DNA of 64,000 nucleotides. It comes from Octopus sinensis (lineage: Eukaryota). Made by a program: the position numbers and the translations under genes. The notes under the pieces were generated by a model. The model ran no database searches, was not told where the DNA came from, and worked only from the letters and a program-made list of their open reading frames with translations. The DNA is taken from contig NC_043015.1 in NCBI RefSeq assembly GCF_006345805.1, forward strand, positions 25,172,001 through 25,236,000, read 5' to 3'. Of the stretch, positions 51,506 to 63,676 are shown piece by piece. The first letter of the stretch is position 1. Every line of letters begins with the position of its first letter.

Positions 51506-52030
51506 AAACCTCACACAAAGGATGGTATTAGTCCAACAAGCTAAGCTCATGGCCATTATCTATCTTTAATAATAACAGCACTGTCAGTTCCTCACTCAAA
51601 CATTGCAAGATTTCAAAAGACACTACTAAATCACTTCTTGTCAGTTCCAAGTTTTTAATATTCTACAAACGTTAGAGAGATATTTCAAAATATTTATAAA
51701 TTCTTGTGAAAATTTATCATCAATAAATCGGTAAAAGTGGTCTTATTTTGCATGAAAACATTTTAATTCAGTAGACACTTGGTGGAATGTTATATAGTCA
51801 TTATATCTAGACATATATATAAGGATACAGACATACATCTTATACATAAGATGTATGTATGTGAATGTGTATACATGTATTTATACATACACACTTGTGA
51901 GCTTTACTCACACAAATATATGTGCACACAAACAATCATGCACATATGTGTGTGTGTGTGTGTGTACAGATATGTAGGTATGTATGTATATATGTATATA
52001 AACATATATGTATGTGTGCATATGTATAGT

Positions 52031-52107
<77 letters not shown>

Positions 52108-52482
52108 TGCTTGGTATATATTATAAATATACACATTTATGATATATATATATTACACACACACACACACGCACACACACACATACACACAAATAATTCA
52201 CATGCTCATACATAAATGTTTGTGCATGTGAGCCTGTGAATGTTTCCTGAACTACAAAAACAAATTGTAACACCATTAATAATTTAAGTAAAGATCATAC
52301 CAAACAAAAGGATCAGGCTTTCAGGAATAAATTAGCTTCTGAGAAAAATAATTAAAAACTTGGCAGGCTTCTACAAGCTCTGTGACCACCACCTCCGCCT
52401 CAGCCAAGAACACCCCTTACTTCCTTTGACATCGCTTCTGCCACTCTATTTGTTATGCTTTTAACTTTTACTGCAATTATTA

Positions 52483-52513
<31 letters not shown>

Positions 52514-52789
52514 TATTATTATTATTGTTGTTGTTGTTGTTGTTGTTGTTATTTTACAAATTAATTAATATTTTCAGTAGTCTTTGAAATTGTGTTTCTA
52601 TATAAAAATAGATTTATTTTTTACATTTGCTATTTTCAAAAAGATGAAACCTCTTATCAATCGAATAAATACATCAATGTTTAGATCTACTTCTGTATCT
52701 TTATTTGTTGTTTTACAAACAAATGCTGTGAAATGCAGGATTATGCATACTTACACACACATATAAATGTGTGTGTGTGAGTGTTTGGA

Positions 52790-53463
52790 TATGGGGTGTG
52801 GTAAATAAACTGTTGTCTAAATTGCGCAAAAATGAAAGTAACACTGACATTTCATTTTAACAAATATATTTACCAACATTTCATAAAAATATCTTGAAAT
52901 ACTAAAGAGAAAATTTATTTAACAACATCTCCATTGGCTTCAACCACAGCCTCCAGGCACCTTTGGAATCTCCAGCAACTCATCTGGACAGACTCCCTAA
53001 GTTGGTCAATGCTGCTGTAATCCTTACCTTCAGTTAATCTTTGGTGTTATAAGAAGTTTTGTTGGTTTCTCACTCTACTGCACCCCACACATAATAATCA
53101 AAGGAGTTGCAGTGTGGGGAGTTAGGTGGCAAGATGTTAGGGGTGATGTGGTCACAGAAATTGACAGCTACAACTGGATTCTCCTGCTTCTGTGGCATGG
53201 TACAGAATCCTGTTGCCAGACATAATATCTTCCAGCAGTCACCCTCTTGATCCAGGGCAGCACTACTTCCTCCAGTCACTTGATGATTGATTTGGAGCTT
53301 CCAGCACAAATGCCAAGCACTACAGCATGATGTTTCCAAATTTCTGGCAGAGTGAAGTTTTCTCACAGATGGTGCCCAACTGACTCTACTATCAAAATCA
53401 AACAATACACATGCACGAAATTAAAAATATAGTATGGTGACAATTTATCCATCACACCCTGTA
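52790..53463 (-). mobile_element. Internally deleted Tc1/mariner-superfamily (maT/DD37D-like) element
   Basis: ORF 53070-53405 contains PPNSPHCNSFDYYVWGAVE (compare WPPNSPDLNPLDYYVWG). Imperfect TIRs tatggggtgtggtaaataaactg / caatttatccatcacaccctgta. Confidence 0.7.
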
Positions 53464-53507
<44 letters not shown>

Positions 53508-53745
53508 GAAGTGTATTTACCACTTAAATGTGGCTAACCCTGGGTGGATGCTGATAGGGCACAGAAAGTGTGTCAATAGCCAGCTGGAGGAGGTATCCTC
53601 CTGGGGCTACAAGCTACAGTAGCATCCACACTTAAGGGTTAGCCACATTTAAGTGGCAAATATACTTCACGATGTCGTGCAGCTACTGTTTATACCTAGC
53701 TCAGATCAGAGATTTATTATTGCTTATATATATATATATGTGTGA

Positions 53746-53785
<40 letters not shown>

Positions 53786-54230
53786 CCACATGTGAATTGT
53801 TGGTGATTTTCTTCCTCTGTCTTCCTTTTCTTATTTCTTTATTGCCCACAAGGGGCTAAACACAGAGGGGACAAACAAGGACAGACAAATGGATTAAGTC
53901 GATTATATCGATCCCAGTGAGTAACTGGTACTTATTTAATCAACCCCGATAGGATGAAAGGCAAATTCGACCTTGGCGGAATTTGAACTCAGAACATAGC
54001 GGCTGATGAAATACCACTAAGCATTTCGCCTGCCATGCTAACGTTTTTGCCAGTTTGCCGCCTTAAATGTCTTCCTTTTCTGTTGGACATTCCTCCGTTT
54101 CTGAAGAAGAGCGTTGCACGAAACATTAAACCATCTTACTTTCCTTCCCTGAACATCTGCTAATACCTTACATGTATCACATCCTTACATTGTTGTTTTT
54201 TGGTGTTTGTTGTTCTTTTTGGGGATTTAC

Positions 54231-54302
<72 letters not shown>

Positions 54303-55141
54303 CAGAGAGGGGGGGAGCGAGAAACAGTAACAAGCGCAAATGTGAATTTGCAGAGTGTTACATTCCACTTCCTCATTAATAACTAAATAGTCCTCCTCTT
54401 CCTATCACAAAATTACTGTCTGATCGGAACATGGATGTTGAGATCAAGTGAGGTAAGGTCTCTTTTTCTGCTTTTCTACACATGTATTGTTCGTTAAGAC
54501 CTACCAATGCTGTCATTAATTATTCTCCATGCAAGGATTCTCCATTTCAAAGTTCATTTGAATGGTTTTGTACATTCCTGGGTGCATCAGTACACCCTTG
54601 GAACAAGTCTTGTCTGTGTGTATATTGTATGTGTGCTAGTGTGTGTGTGTGTGCGTGTGTTTGTACACACACAAGCATGTTTGCCTACAGGCACAGAGCA
54701 GGGTTATAGGGAAAGCAGTTTGCTTGCTAACTGCCTGATTCCAGTTTCAGTGCCAGTAAATGGCACCATAGGTAGGTGTCCTCTGCTACAGGTCCAAGCC
54801 AACCAAAGATTTGTGAATAGATTTGGCAGATGGAAACTGAAAGAAGCCTATCAGCCTCCACTCTCCCACACCAGTGATATTATTCAAGGCAAAGGGGCTG
54901 ATGCACCTTGGCACCAGCAACATTGCAGCTCATTTCTACAACTGAGTGAACTGGACCAACATGAAATACAGGGTCTTGTTCAAATATATATGTATGTGTT
55001 TGTCCTCAACCACCCCTTGATAAACGGTGTGGTTTGCTTACATCCACATAAATTAACAGTTCAGTAAAAGGGATTAATAAAATAAGCACCAGGTTTTAAA
55101 ATAATAACTACTGGGGTTGATCCATTCAACTAAAATAAACT

Positions 55142-56150
55142 TGTAGCATATCTGATATCATCACTGTTTGAGAAACACAATAAGAATGATCTCGTTTGAG
55201 ATTACAGCCATCTTTGGCTGGTTTTTCCCTGTTGTGTCCACTGATCTGATTGGTTAGCATATGGCGCGGTTTGTCTCTCTACTTTTTCGCGCCACTGTGT
55301 AAAGCTAGCCAATCACAGCCTTCGGATAAGGCCTGCTTCTTTGAGCCATTTTTTTCCTATAAAAAGGCCAGCTTTCACTATTCTTCGTCTTTCAACTCCA
55401 GACCTTTTAAGGTCTAGTCACTGACCATAGAGCTACTCAGCCATGTTCCAGTTACAGCGACAGACGACCAGTCAGCCAGCCCTGCTATTGCTCCTGCTAT
55501 GAAGACGCTATTATATACCAGCGACAGACATAATGTTTTCTATCTCCGCCACCGTCATCACCATCAACATGTACACATCAACAACACTGACCAAGTTTAA
55601 CTGACGCTGTTAGAGTGAACCTTTCACCAAGTATAACAGTCAGTCTATCTAAAGAAATACTATATCAAGAGACTCAGCTCGGCGTTGAGGCTTCAACCGC
55701 AGCATATTTGCCAAACCGGCCTCCACCTCAAGACACAACATCTTGTTATAGAACTCTTGCTATCATGTACCTAATGAACTGGTAAACAAAACTCTATCTT
55801 AACTCTCTCTGCTGAGACTCATCTTATGCTCTATATTATGTATTTCTGTTTTATGTGCATACACCTTTTGTCAGTACCTTCTGTTACATACACGAACACA
55901 CAGACACAAACACTTGTCGCATGCTCAAATACGCTCCATCTTGCTAGCACTCACAACACTTTCTCTTTGTACACATTGTGAATAAAGTCTTCTCTTCTCT
56001 CTCAAACATTAGAACGGTTTGTTGACTTTCATTCATTCCTTTGGGCACTGTATTCTATATGTCATGTATCTGGCTTCCCTTATTCTGTTAGGGGCGACCG
56101 TGCGACGTCAAAAGGAGACATTTGTCACCAACCTCCTTACATATGGTTGC
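55142..56150 (+). mobile_element. Probable solo LTR nested in a SINE
   Basis: A ~1-kb GC-richer block splits a SINE between ...caactaaaataaac and ccttcaagatggtg.... It starts TGTAG and carries CCAAT boxes (55249, 55309), TATAAAAA (55358) and AATAAA (55981). The 3' terminus and TSD are unclear. Confidence 0.5.
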
Positions 56151-56264
56151 CTAACCCTTCAAGATGGTGCCCCAGCATAGCTACACTCCATTAACTGAAA
56201 CAAGTAAAAGATAATGTTTTATATATATATATATATATATAAAACATTATCTTTTACATTATCT

Positions 56265-56295
<31 letters not shown>

Positions 56296-56316
56296 TATAT
56301 ATATACATATATATTT

Positions 56317-56534
56317 GCCATCTCAATATAGCTAACCACTAAGGGTGGGTGTTACTGTAGCTTGTAGCCCCAGGAGAACATCTCCTCCAGCTGGCTATAG
56401 GCACACTTTCTGTGCCCTATTGGTATTTGCAAAGGAGGTCATCCTTCCCTCGTAAACCTAAGTGATACGCACGGACTGCAGTTTCTGGGTATTGACCCGT
56501 CATCAGCATACGACAATCACCGGTTTTCGATGAA
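56317..56534 (-). mobile_element. Family A HHR repeat, left part of the copy interrupted by Tx1
   Basis: Reverse complement of roughly 62380-62600; HHR at 56470-56510. Confidence 0.8.
56470..56510 (-). ncRNA. Minimal type I hammerhead ribozyme motif
   Basis: Minus strand reads tatg-CTGATGA-c-gggt(caat)accc-a-GAAAC-tgca-GTC-cgtg. Confidence 0.72.
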
Positions 56535-56889
56535 TTTATCTTTATTATGATCAAGTGATATAACATAGAATTGGGACATTACAGGACAAAACAATTACAA
56601 AAATGCTATGCGAGTTCGAATGAAATTATAAAAATTACAAAAATAAAATTTTACGTAACTTGAACGAAAACTTGGCTTACTTTGCCTCGAAACGAAACCT
56701 TGGCTTACTTTTGCCTTTATCACGAGAACTTTTAGTGCGTATGTTTTCTTTTCTTTTCTTTTATTTTTTTAATATTAATTCTTTATTTTAAACAGTTATG
56801 TACAGTGAAAGGTAATGGGAGGTACCAGTTTCAATTTTGAACCCGGCAGCCTATAAATCCCAGCAGCTGATTTTTCCTTTCCTCGATGA

Positions 56890-59800
56890 TTAAGCTGGGT
56901 TACTCTCACCCACCTTTCTCATCACATCCTTCCAACGTTCGATATACTCTTTCTGTGGCAGGCTCCTCTTCTCCAACCCCATCTTGCTCTTCAGATGATA
57001 TCCGAAGTATTTTAACAAACCGGGGCCAGAGATAAAGGACCCTTTCACTAGACCTTCCATTCTAGTTCTCCATACACACTCTTTCAATACTGCCACCGTA
57101 CAGTAAAAACAAGCCTTACCTTCCTTTGAGAGTCCAGTTGGCGGTATCATCTTAATCATGGATCCAGCCGACAGCTGTACTCGTCCCAGATGCGACAACA
57201 CGTGTTCAACGTAGCTTATCAAGCCTGATAGCTCCCGACATTGTACAAAAGCGTGTTGAACGGTTTCATCGTCCAACCCACATCTTGGACACATTGGTGG
57301 CACTGACATTCTGTGCCTGGATAACTTCTCGCGAACAGGTAATGCATTCCTATAGCACTGCCAGGTCAGGGATTTTTGGTAATTATCCAAATACCCTGAC
57401 CTGAAAGTCTTCTTAAACAGGTTGGAGAGTTGATCCTCATCGAACCCCAGAGCCCTTCCTAGGACGTCGTCATTTTTTCCCTCTACCAGCCCTTTATAGA
57501 ACACTGAGGTGGTATTCCCACTGCCGGCCTTGCCCATCTTGTGGATCAGCCAGAGTGCCTGTCGGCACTCCTTCTGCCATGTTACGTCAGGTTACGTCCT
57601 TTAATGAGACCGGGTGTAAATCCCTCCATAGAGGCCAGTCGCGGGAAGAATTCCTCTGCCAGCGAACTCCACACCTTATCATCCTCCAGGTAACACCAGA
57701 GGTGTCTCAGCCTCAACGCATGCTTGCGCATCATTAGCCAAGGCATCCCCAGTCCACCCTTTAGTGGTTCCTGGCAACACACGGAGCGTCTCACAAGAGG
57801 CTTTCCTCCTTTCCACAAAAAGCGGAAAAGGAGTCGTTCCAACTTGTTTAACCACGAATCAGGGCAAGGCACGACGGTCAGGCGGTAGGTGACAATAGGC
57901 TATAAACATATGTGCCACCTCCGCCCTTCCTTTCAAGGAAAGATGCCTTCTGGACCACTTCCGTACTATGACATCCACCTTGCTTGTTACCTCGCTCCAA
58001 TTCTTCTCCGTCTGGGAGTCTGGACCAAACCAGACTCCGAGCAATTTAACAGGACCATCCGTCCAGTGTCCAACAACACTGGATGGTATCGGCTTGTTCC
58101 TCCAGGTGCCGAGGCACAAACCGATGGACTTGCCCATGTTAACTTTTGCCCCTGCCACCACTTCGTATCTATGGAGAGCACCTGCTACCCGAGGTAGCTG
58201 TGTTCCGTTGGACACGATGAGGGTGACGTCATCCGCATAGGCAGAAACAGACTTACCGCATCCGATTTCATTAGGGTTGCCTCCCAACTTCTCCAGCTTC
58301 TGCAGCAATGGCTCAAGAGCCAAAACATACAGAAGCGGGAACAAGGGGCACCCTTGACGAACTGAACGCTTGATTGAAAACGGCTCCGTTAGGTAACCGT
58401 TTATCTGGACTGTGGACTTGATGCCGCTGTACATAGCTAAGATCCACCTGCAGAAGCCAGGGCCCAGCCCAGCCGCTTCGAGGACCGCCACCAAGTACCG
58501 ATGGTCTACCCTATCGAATGCTTTACTCTGGTCTAAATGGACCAATGCCCCTCCTTTGCCGTCTAATTTCCCGACCCTATCTATAGTATAGCAGAGAAGG
58601 TGAAGATTATCCTGGATCGACCTGCCTGGGATTGCACATGTCTGTGCCTTCCCGACAAGTTTCTCCACGACAACCGTCAACCTTTTTGCTAACACCTTGG
58701 CCAAAATCTTAAACTCTACATTAAGTAGAGTTATGGGCCTGTAATTACTAATACTGTCCCCCTTGCTCGGGTCTTTCTGGACCAGCGTCACAACTCCCCG
58801 ACTCACAGAGCTGGGAATCCTCCCATTCTGTTGCCAGTTTGCATAGACGCTTGCCAGTATGTCCCCGAACAAGTCCAGCATACAACAATAAAATTCATAG
58901 GGCTTAGACCATCCAATCCCGGCGACTTTTCCCCAGCGCACTTGGCCATAACCCCTCTTACCTCCGCGGGAGAGATCGATCCTTCACAGCACTCTGCCTC
59001 ACCTGCCGTGAACTGAGGCCCACCAGCTAGGAAGTCCTTTAAGGTCTCCCCACGCTCGAGTGGACCACCATCCCCAAACAGCCGTGCGAAATGCTGGTGA
59101 AGGACCTTCTGCATCTCCTCCTGTCCATAGATCTTGCGGTCCTGCTCGTCAGTTAAGGACATAATACAGGACTTGTTGCCCTTCTGACTCTCCTCACGAC
59201 GGGCCCATCTGGCAACATTAATACCTTCTCGTTTTCCTGCACGTAACTTAGCTCTGACTCTACACCCCTCGTGCTTGGCGTTGAGGTGACGGTACAATAC
59301 CGCTCTCACTGCCAACACTCCAGATGCACAGCCAGATTCAATAGCCTCGTCTAAGTTCTTAACTAATTCGCCCTCTATTCTAGTCCTATCTAAACTTAGC
59401 TGCTTGCTAAATCTAATGGACTCCAAATGGATGGCTCTATTGAGGGCGAGCCACCATCTATTATTAATGATGGTGCCACATAATGCCCTCTGTACTAATT
59501 CCTTAATCCGGGTACGGAAAGCTTCACAAGTCAAAATAGACTTGTTCATTTTCCAGTACCCGGGACCTTGTCTATGGCATTTATCTACATGTACCTCACA
59601 CGTCACAAGTTTGTGATCCATGTAAGGCACAACAGAGAATTGTGGACAGCTAACACTATTCCTATCTCGTTACTTAACAAATACTCTATCTATGTACGAT
59701 CTGCGTGAGCCGTCGTTATTACTCCACGTCCACTGTGGAACGTTCGGCTCATCCAGTCGAAAACAGTCTACTAGATTAAAGCTCGCTAATAGAGCCTTGA

Positions 59801-60281
59801 GGCCAGGATTCCCCTTCCTATCGCTCGAGCCTACACCATCCACATGCGCATCAAGAATGGTGTTGAAATCCCCTACCAAGACTACCGTTTTGGACGTCAC
59901 TAGAAAGTGCTCCAGTTCCCGAAAAAAACCAGTCTGCCCACGTCCATTAGGAGCATAGACAGCCACCAACCTGAAGGACTGCTTACTCACGTGCGTCACA
60001 TCTAGGTCAACCAGCCTACCTTCTGGGTCCAAAAAGACAGTACTTACCTGTAAGTCCAAGTTCTTCCTGAAAAGAACTGCCACGCCTGCACCTCCCTCCC
60101 GGCTAGGAGAAATACATTTCGCGTAACCATTGAGAAGTGGTGAGAACGCTTGGGGTCCTTTCATCTTGGACTCGGTAACAATAGCTACATCGATTCTATG
60201 TGAAATGTGGTCGTCCCGAAAACAAGCCTGTTTCCATTTCGATCCCATTCCACGCACATTTATACAACCTAACTTAATCAT
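56890..60281 (-). pseudogene. Tx1-type ORF2 (APE endonuclease, RT, C-terminal zinc finger) with one stop and about three frameshifts
   Basis: EN motifs CINVRG, VYAP, VGDFN, SYIDRVF. In-frame TAA at 59670. GPGYWKMN; RT motifs NYRPITLLNVEFKILAK, DQSKAFDRV, SVRQGCPL, YADD; C-terminal CPRCGLDDETVQHAFVQC. Confidence 0.92.
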
Positions 60282-60303
60282 CGAAAAAAAGAAAATTATT
60301 TAC

Positions 60304-61805
60304 TCATGGTTGCGAGAGGGAGCCTGACAGATTCCTTCTGTCTGTCTCCCCACCACTCACCGTTGCTGTTGGGTGTTTCACCGGCGTTGCCACCGGGCTG
60401 ACGTACAATTTCCCAGATGTCACCTCCTGGGTGACATCCTTAATGAAGCCGGCTTTTACGAGGTCTTGTAAGTTTTTTCCTTTCCATCCTTCTTCGCCGA
60501 CCCTTGCATATCGCCACTCCACTTCCTTCTCGGTCGCTTTGTAGCACCTGATCTGCGTACTTGCTTGCACAAATTTTACTGCTCTCTCGTTCCTTGTGGT
60601 GTATGCTATAATTTTTTCATTGGGTTTAAACCCTTTTACAGTTGGGGGGGTGGGGTTTGTTAAAGTGCTGGCCTATAAATGTAGTACCGCCGGAGTGGGG
60701 TTGGAGAATATTTTTAATTTGTTCGTCTGCGTTGTTTTTTTTTTTTTGATACGGGTGGGGAATCAGGGGTGATGGATTTTTTCCTTTTGTTCGACACGTT
60801 CGTGAATTCCATCTCTTCTTGTATATTTGTTTTTGTTGTATTAATTTCCTCCTCCTTTCCTTTCTCATTTTGCTTTTCGTTCTTGTCTTCCTCCTTTTTG
60901 GAGTTCGACCTGTTTATTTTTTCCTCCTTGCTTTCGCCAGCCGTTACTTTGTTCTCCACTTTGCTGCTCTCTGCGTTCTTCACAGCGTTTTGTGGGGGGG
61001 GGGCGTTGCCCGTATTATTTTTTTTTGTGCAAACGGAGCGAACGTGGCCCTTTTGCCCGCACTTAAAACATCTGGGCCTGCCTCCTTCCACCGAAACTCA
61101 TATGGAGTGCCCCTCCCCCACAAAGACTCTGTCTGGTAGGCTTTCCAGCGTCGCATTTTCCGCCTGGATAATCATCTCCAGCTGCTGGCCTCTCCAGTGT
61201 TTTGCAATTTTCCTCTTCATACTCAACATTGTCAATTTTGATTCAACATCAAAAATGACTGCTGTTGCCGCCCACATCACGTCGTAGCCCCTTGGTATAT
61301 CTTTTAGGGTCACTTTTGCTGTTCTGCACCCTAAATATAAGGGTAGCAGTATTATATTCTCGTTTTTCAACGTTTGCGTCGAAATTTGCCTTGCTTCTTC
61401 CGCCGTCTCAAAATGCACCTCCACTGTAGTGCTTCTTGCACCTCGGTTGACATGACGAACCTTATTCCATATTGGTGCCATACACTTTTCGACCATTTCG
61501 TTTTTTACGTCGGTCATTCGTTTTTCTTTTATATTGTACACTTTATAGGTGACCATTTTTTCCCTTATTGCCTGTATAGTCTCAGGGGGCGGTACCAATC
61601 GTGTTTCTTCACCACTTTTTTGCACAAGCGGTCTGAACTTGAATAGTCTTTCCATTGACACCTCCATTTCTTCCACTTCGCCACCTACGGCGTCTGAAAA
61701 ACTGGGTTTTGCCTGTGTTTCCTTTTGTTTAACAGTTTTTATACCTTCTTCCATCTCGGGAAAGTCTTTTTTTGAACTTAAGTCTAATTCCATATTCGAC
61801 AACAC
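60304..61805 (-). pseudogene. Tx1-type ORF1 (gag-like, CCHC zinc knuckle), frameshifted
   Basis: ORF pieces 61098-61805, 60714-61091 (CFKCGQKGHVRSVC = CX2CX4HX4C, followed by a low-complexity K/E region) and 60304-60570. Confidence 0.8.
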
Positions 61806-62064
61806 AAACTTGTCACAAATGACAATAGAATTTTTTTTTCAAAAATAACCTATACAGGTTAAGAGTTCACACAAAAAAAAAACACACAGAAATTTTCTAC
61901 CCCCAAGGACGAAAATTACTGGGTCAAAAACAGTTCAACAATGATATTACGTGTAACACAACAAAGTAGACAAACGGAAATGAACTCACACAACGATTTG
62001 CAGCAACAGAAAAATATTTGATATACTCAGAGGAAAAATTTAAAAAACACCGGTTTTCGATGAA

Positions 62065-62660
62065 AGGAGTTCCCAATGCAAATATTTATATCCTTTTTCC
62101 AGTAACTTTTCGTCACTGATCTTGAAAAAGTGTATACAAGCAATAATAAATCTCTGAACGAGGTATAAACAGTAACTGCATGACAATGTGAGGTATATTT
62201 GCCGTCTCAATATGGCTAACCACTAAGGGTGGGTGTTACTGTTGCTTGTAGCCCCAGGAGAACATCTCCTCCAGCTGGCTATAGGCACACTTTCTGTGCC
62301 TTATCGGTATAGGGCACAGATCAGTGACGAAAAGTTACTGGAAAAAGGATATAAATATTTGCATTGAGAACTCCTTTCATTGAAAACCGGTGATTGTTGT
62401 ACGCTGATGACGGGTCAATACCCAGAAACTGCAGTCCGTGCGTATCACTTAGGTTGACGAGGGAAGGATGACCTCCCTTTGCAAATACCGATAGGACACA
62501 GAAAGTGTACCTATTGCCAACTGGAGGAGATGTTCTCCTGGGGCTACAAGCCACAGTAACACCCACCCTTAGTGGTTAGCCATATTGAGACAGCAAATAT
62601 ACCTCACATTGTCGTGCAGTTACTGTTTATATCTTGTTCAGAGATTTATTATTGCTTATA
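62065..62660. mobile_element. Family A HHR repeat: tandem minus-strand copies followed by an inverted plus-strand copy
   Basis: 62065-62121 continues the copy at 56317-56534 that the Tx1 element interrupted. 62132-62309 is a second partial minus copy and 62319-62660 is a complete plus copy. Confidence 0.8.
62400..62440 (+). ncRNA. Minimal type I hammerhead ribozyme motif
   Basis: tacg-CTGATGA-c-gggt(caat)accc-a-GAAAC-tgca-GTC-cgtg. Confidence 0.75.
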
Positions 62661-63618
62661 TATATATATACATATATAATTAAATCTAAAAATATAAGGT
62701 AAAAATTAAATATTAACTTTTGATTTTTACCAGTGGCCAGCATGAGTAAAAATGTCCAGACTTCAAATATTATTACACACACACAGAGTTTTGTGAGTTG
62801 GATTGTAAATCTATTGAAGTATATTTGTGGGGTTTTATGTCCATACATTTTCTAAGCACTTTTCTGTAGGTCCCTATGTGTGCTTACAGATGTTTGCAAT
62901 TGTGTGTCTGTTTATCAACATGAGGGCAGTGCGAGAATGTATCTAAGAAAAATGCAGGGAATGCTTTGTAGTTTTCAGAATAAGTTTTAATGAGGCAGTT
63001 ATATTTTGGGTTAATGAACTCCAACACCTTCATAATTAATTAATGTTACTTTGATGTCATTACTAATTAAAGTGTGAAAAGAGAAACAATATATTTCATT
63101 GGGCTTCAATGCTACTGTTGAAGTTAACACTGTTATCTATTTTTATGAGAACTCAGTATATCTAGAGGAATATTTTTTTCTTTTCACATCAAGCTCCTAA
63201 AATTACCCAGCCTGTACTGATTGATGCAACACAACAAGATGTACAATAGCCAAGCCCTATGGAACAGATGCAGGATGTTTCGAAATGGTCATCATGCTGA
63301 ATAAACATTTGTACTAAATCATCATCTGTTTCCTTCATCAATTATAAACTCAACTAACACTACAGATATCCTGACGCAGATCCAGCGAAAATTATATCGT
63401 TACTCTGGATAACATCAGATAGCCCAAACGGTGAATGTGCTTTAATCGACATACTACTAATAGACATATACCCTAAAGTGTTATTCAAATTCTTTTACTT
63501 CTGACACATGTTTCGAAGACATCACTGGTATTATTCCAAAGAAATAAAATGGTGTAAAACAATGTAATTTTTTCCGTGTTAATTGTTAGAAATGGAAAAA
63601 TATACACATCTATTTATA

Positions 63619-63676
<58 letters not shown>

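Larger units (their letters stand above)
56535..62047 (-). mobile_element. Full-length degenerate Tx1/L1-clade LINE with 17-bp target-site duplication
   Basis: ORF1 and ORF2 are present. The TSD caccggttttcgatgaa occurs at 56518-56534 and 62048-62064. The 3' end on the minus strand reads ...cataataaagataaa (AATAAA plus a short A-rich tail). Confidence 0.9.

Noticed and set aside
63255-63520. Partial HHR-like motifs (gaaacatgtgtc; tgatgacc...gaaac; ctgacg...gaaa)
   Set aside because: Each lacks part of the core; they are at most decayed pLTR relics.
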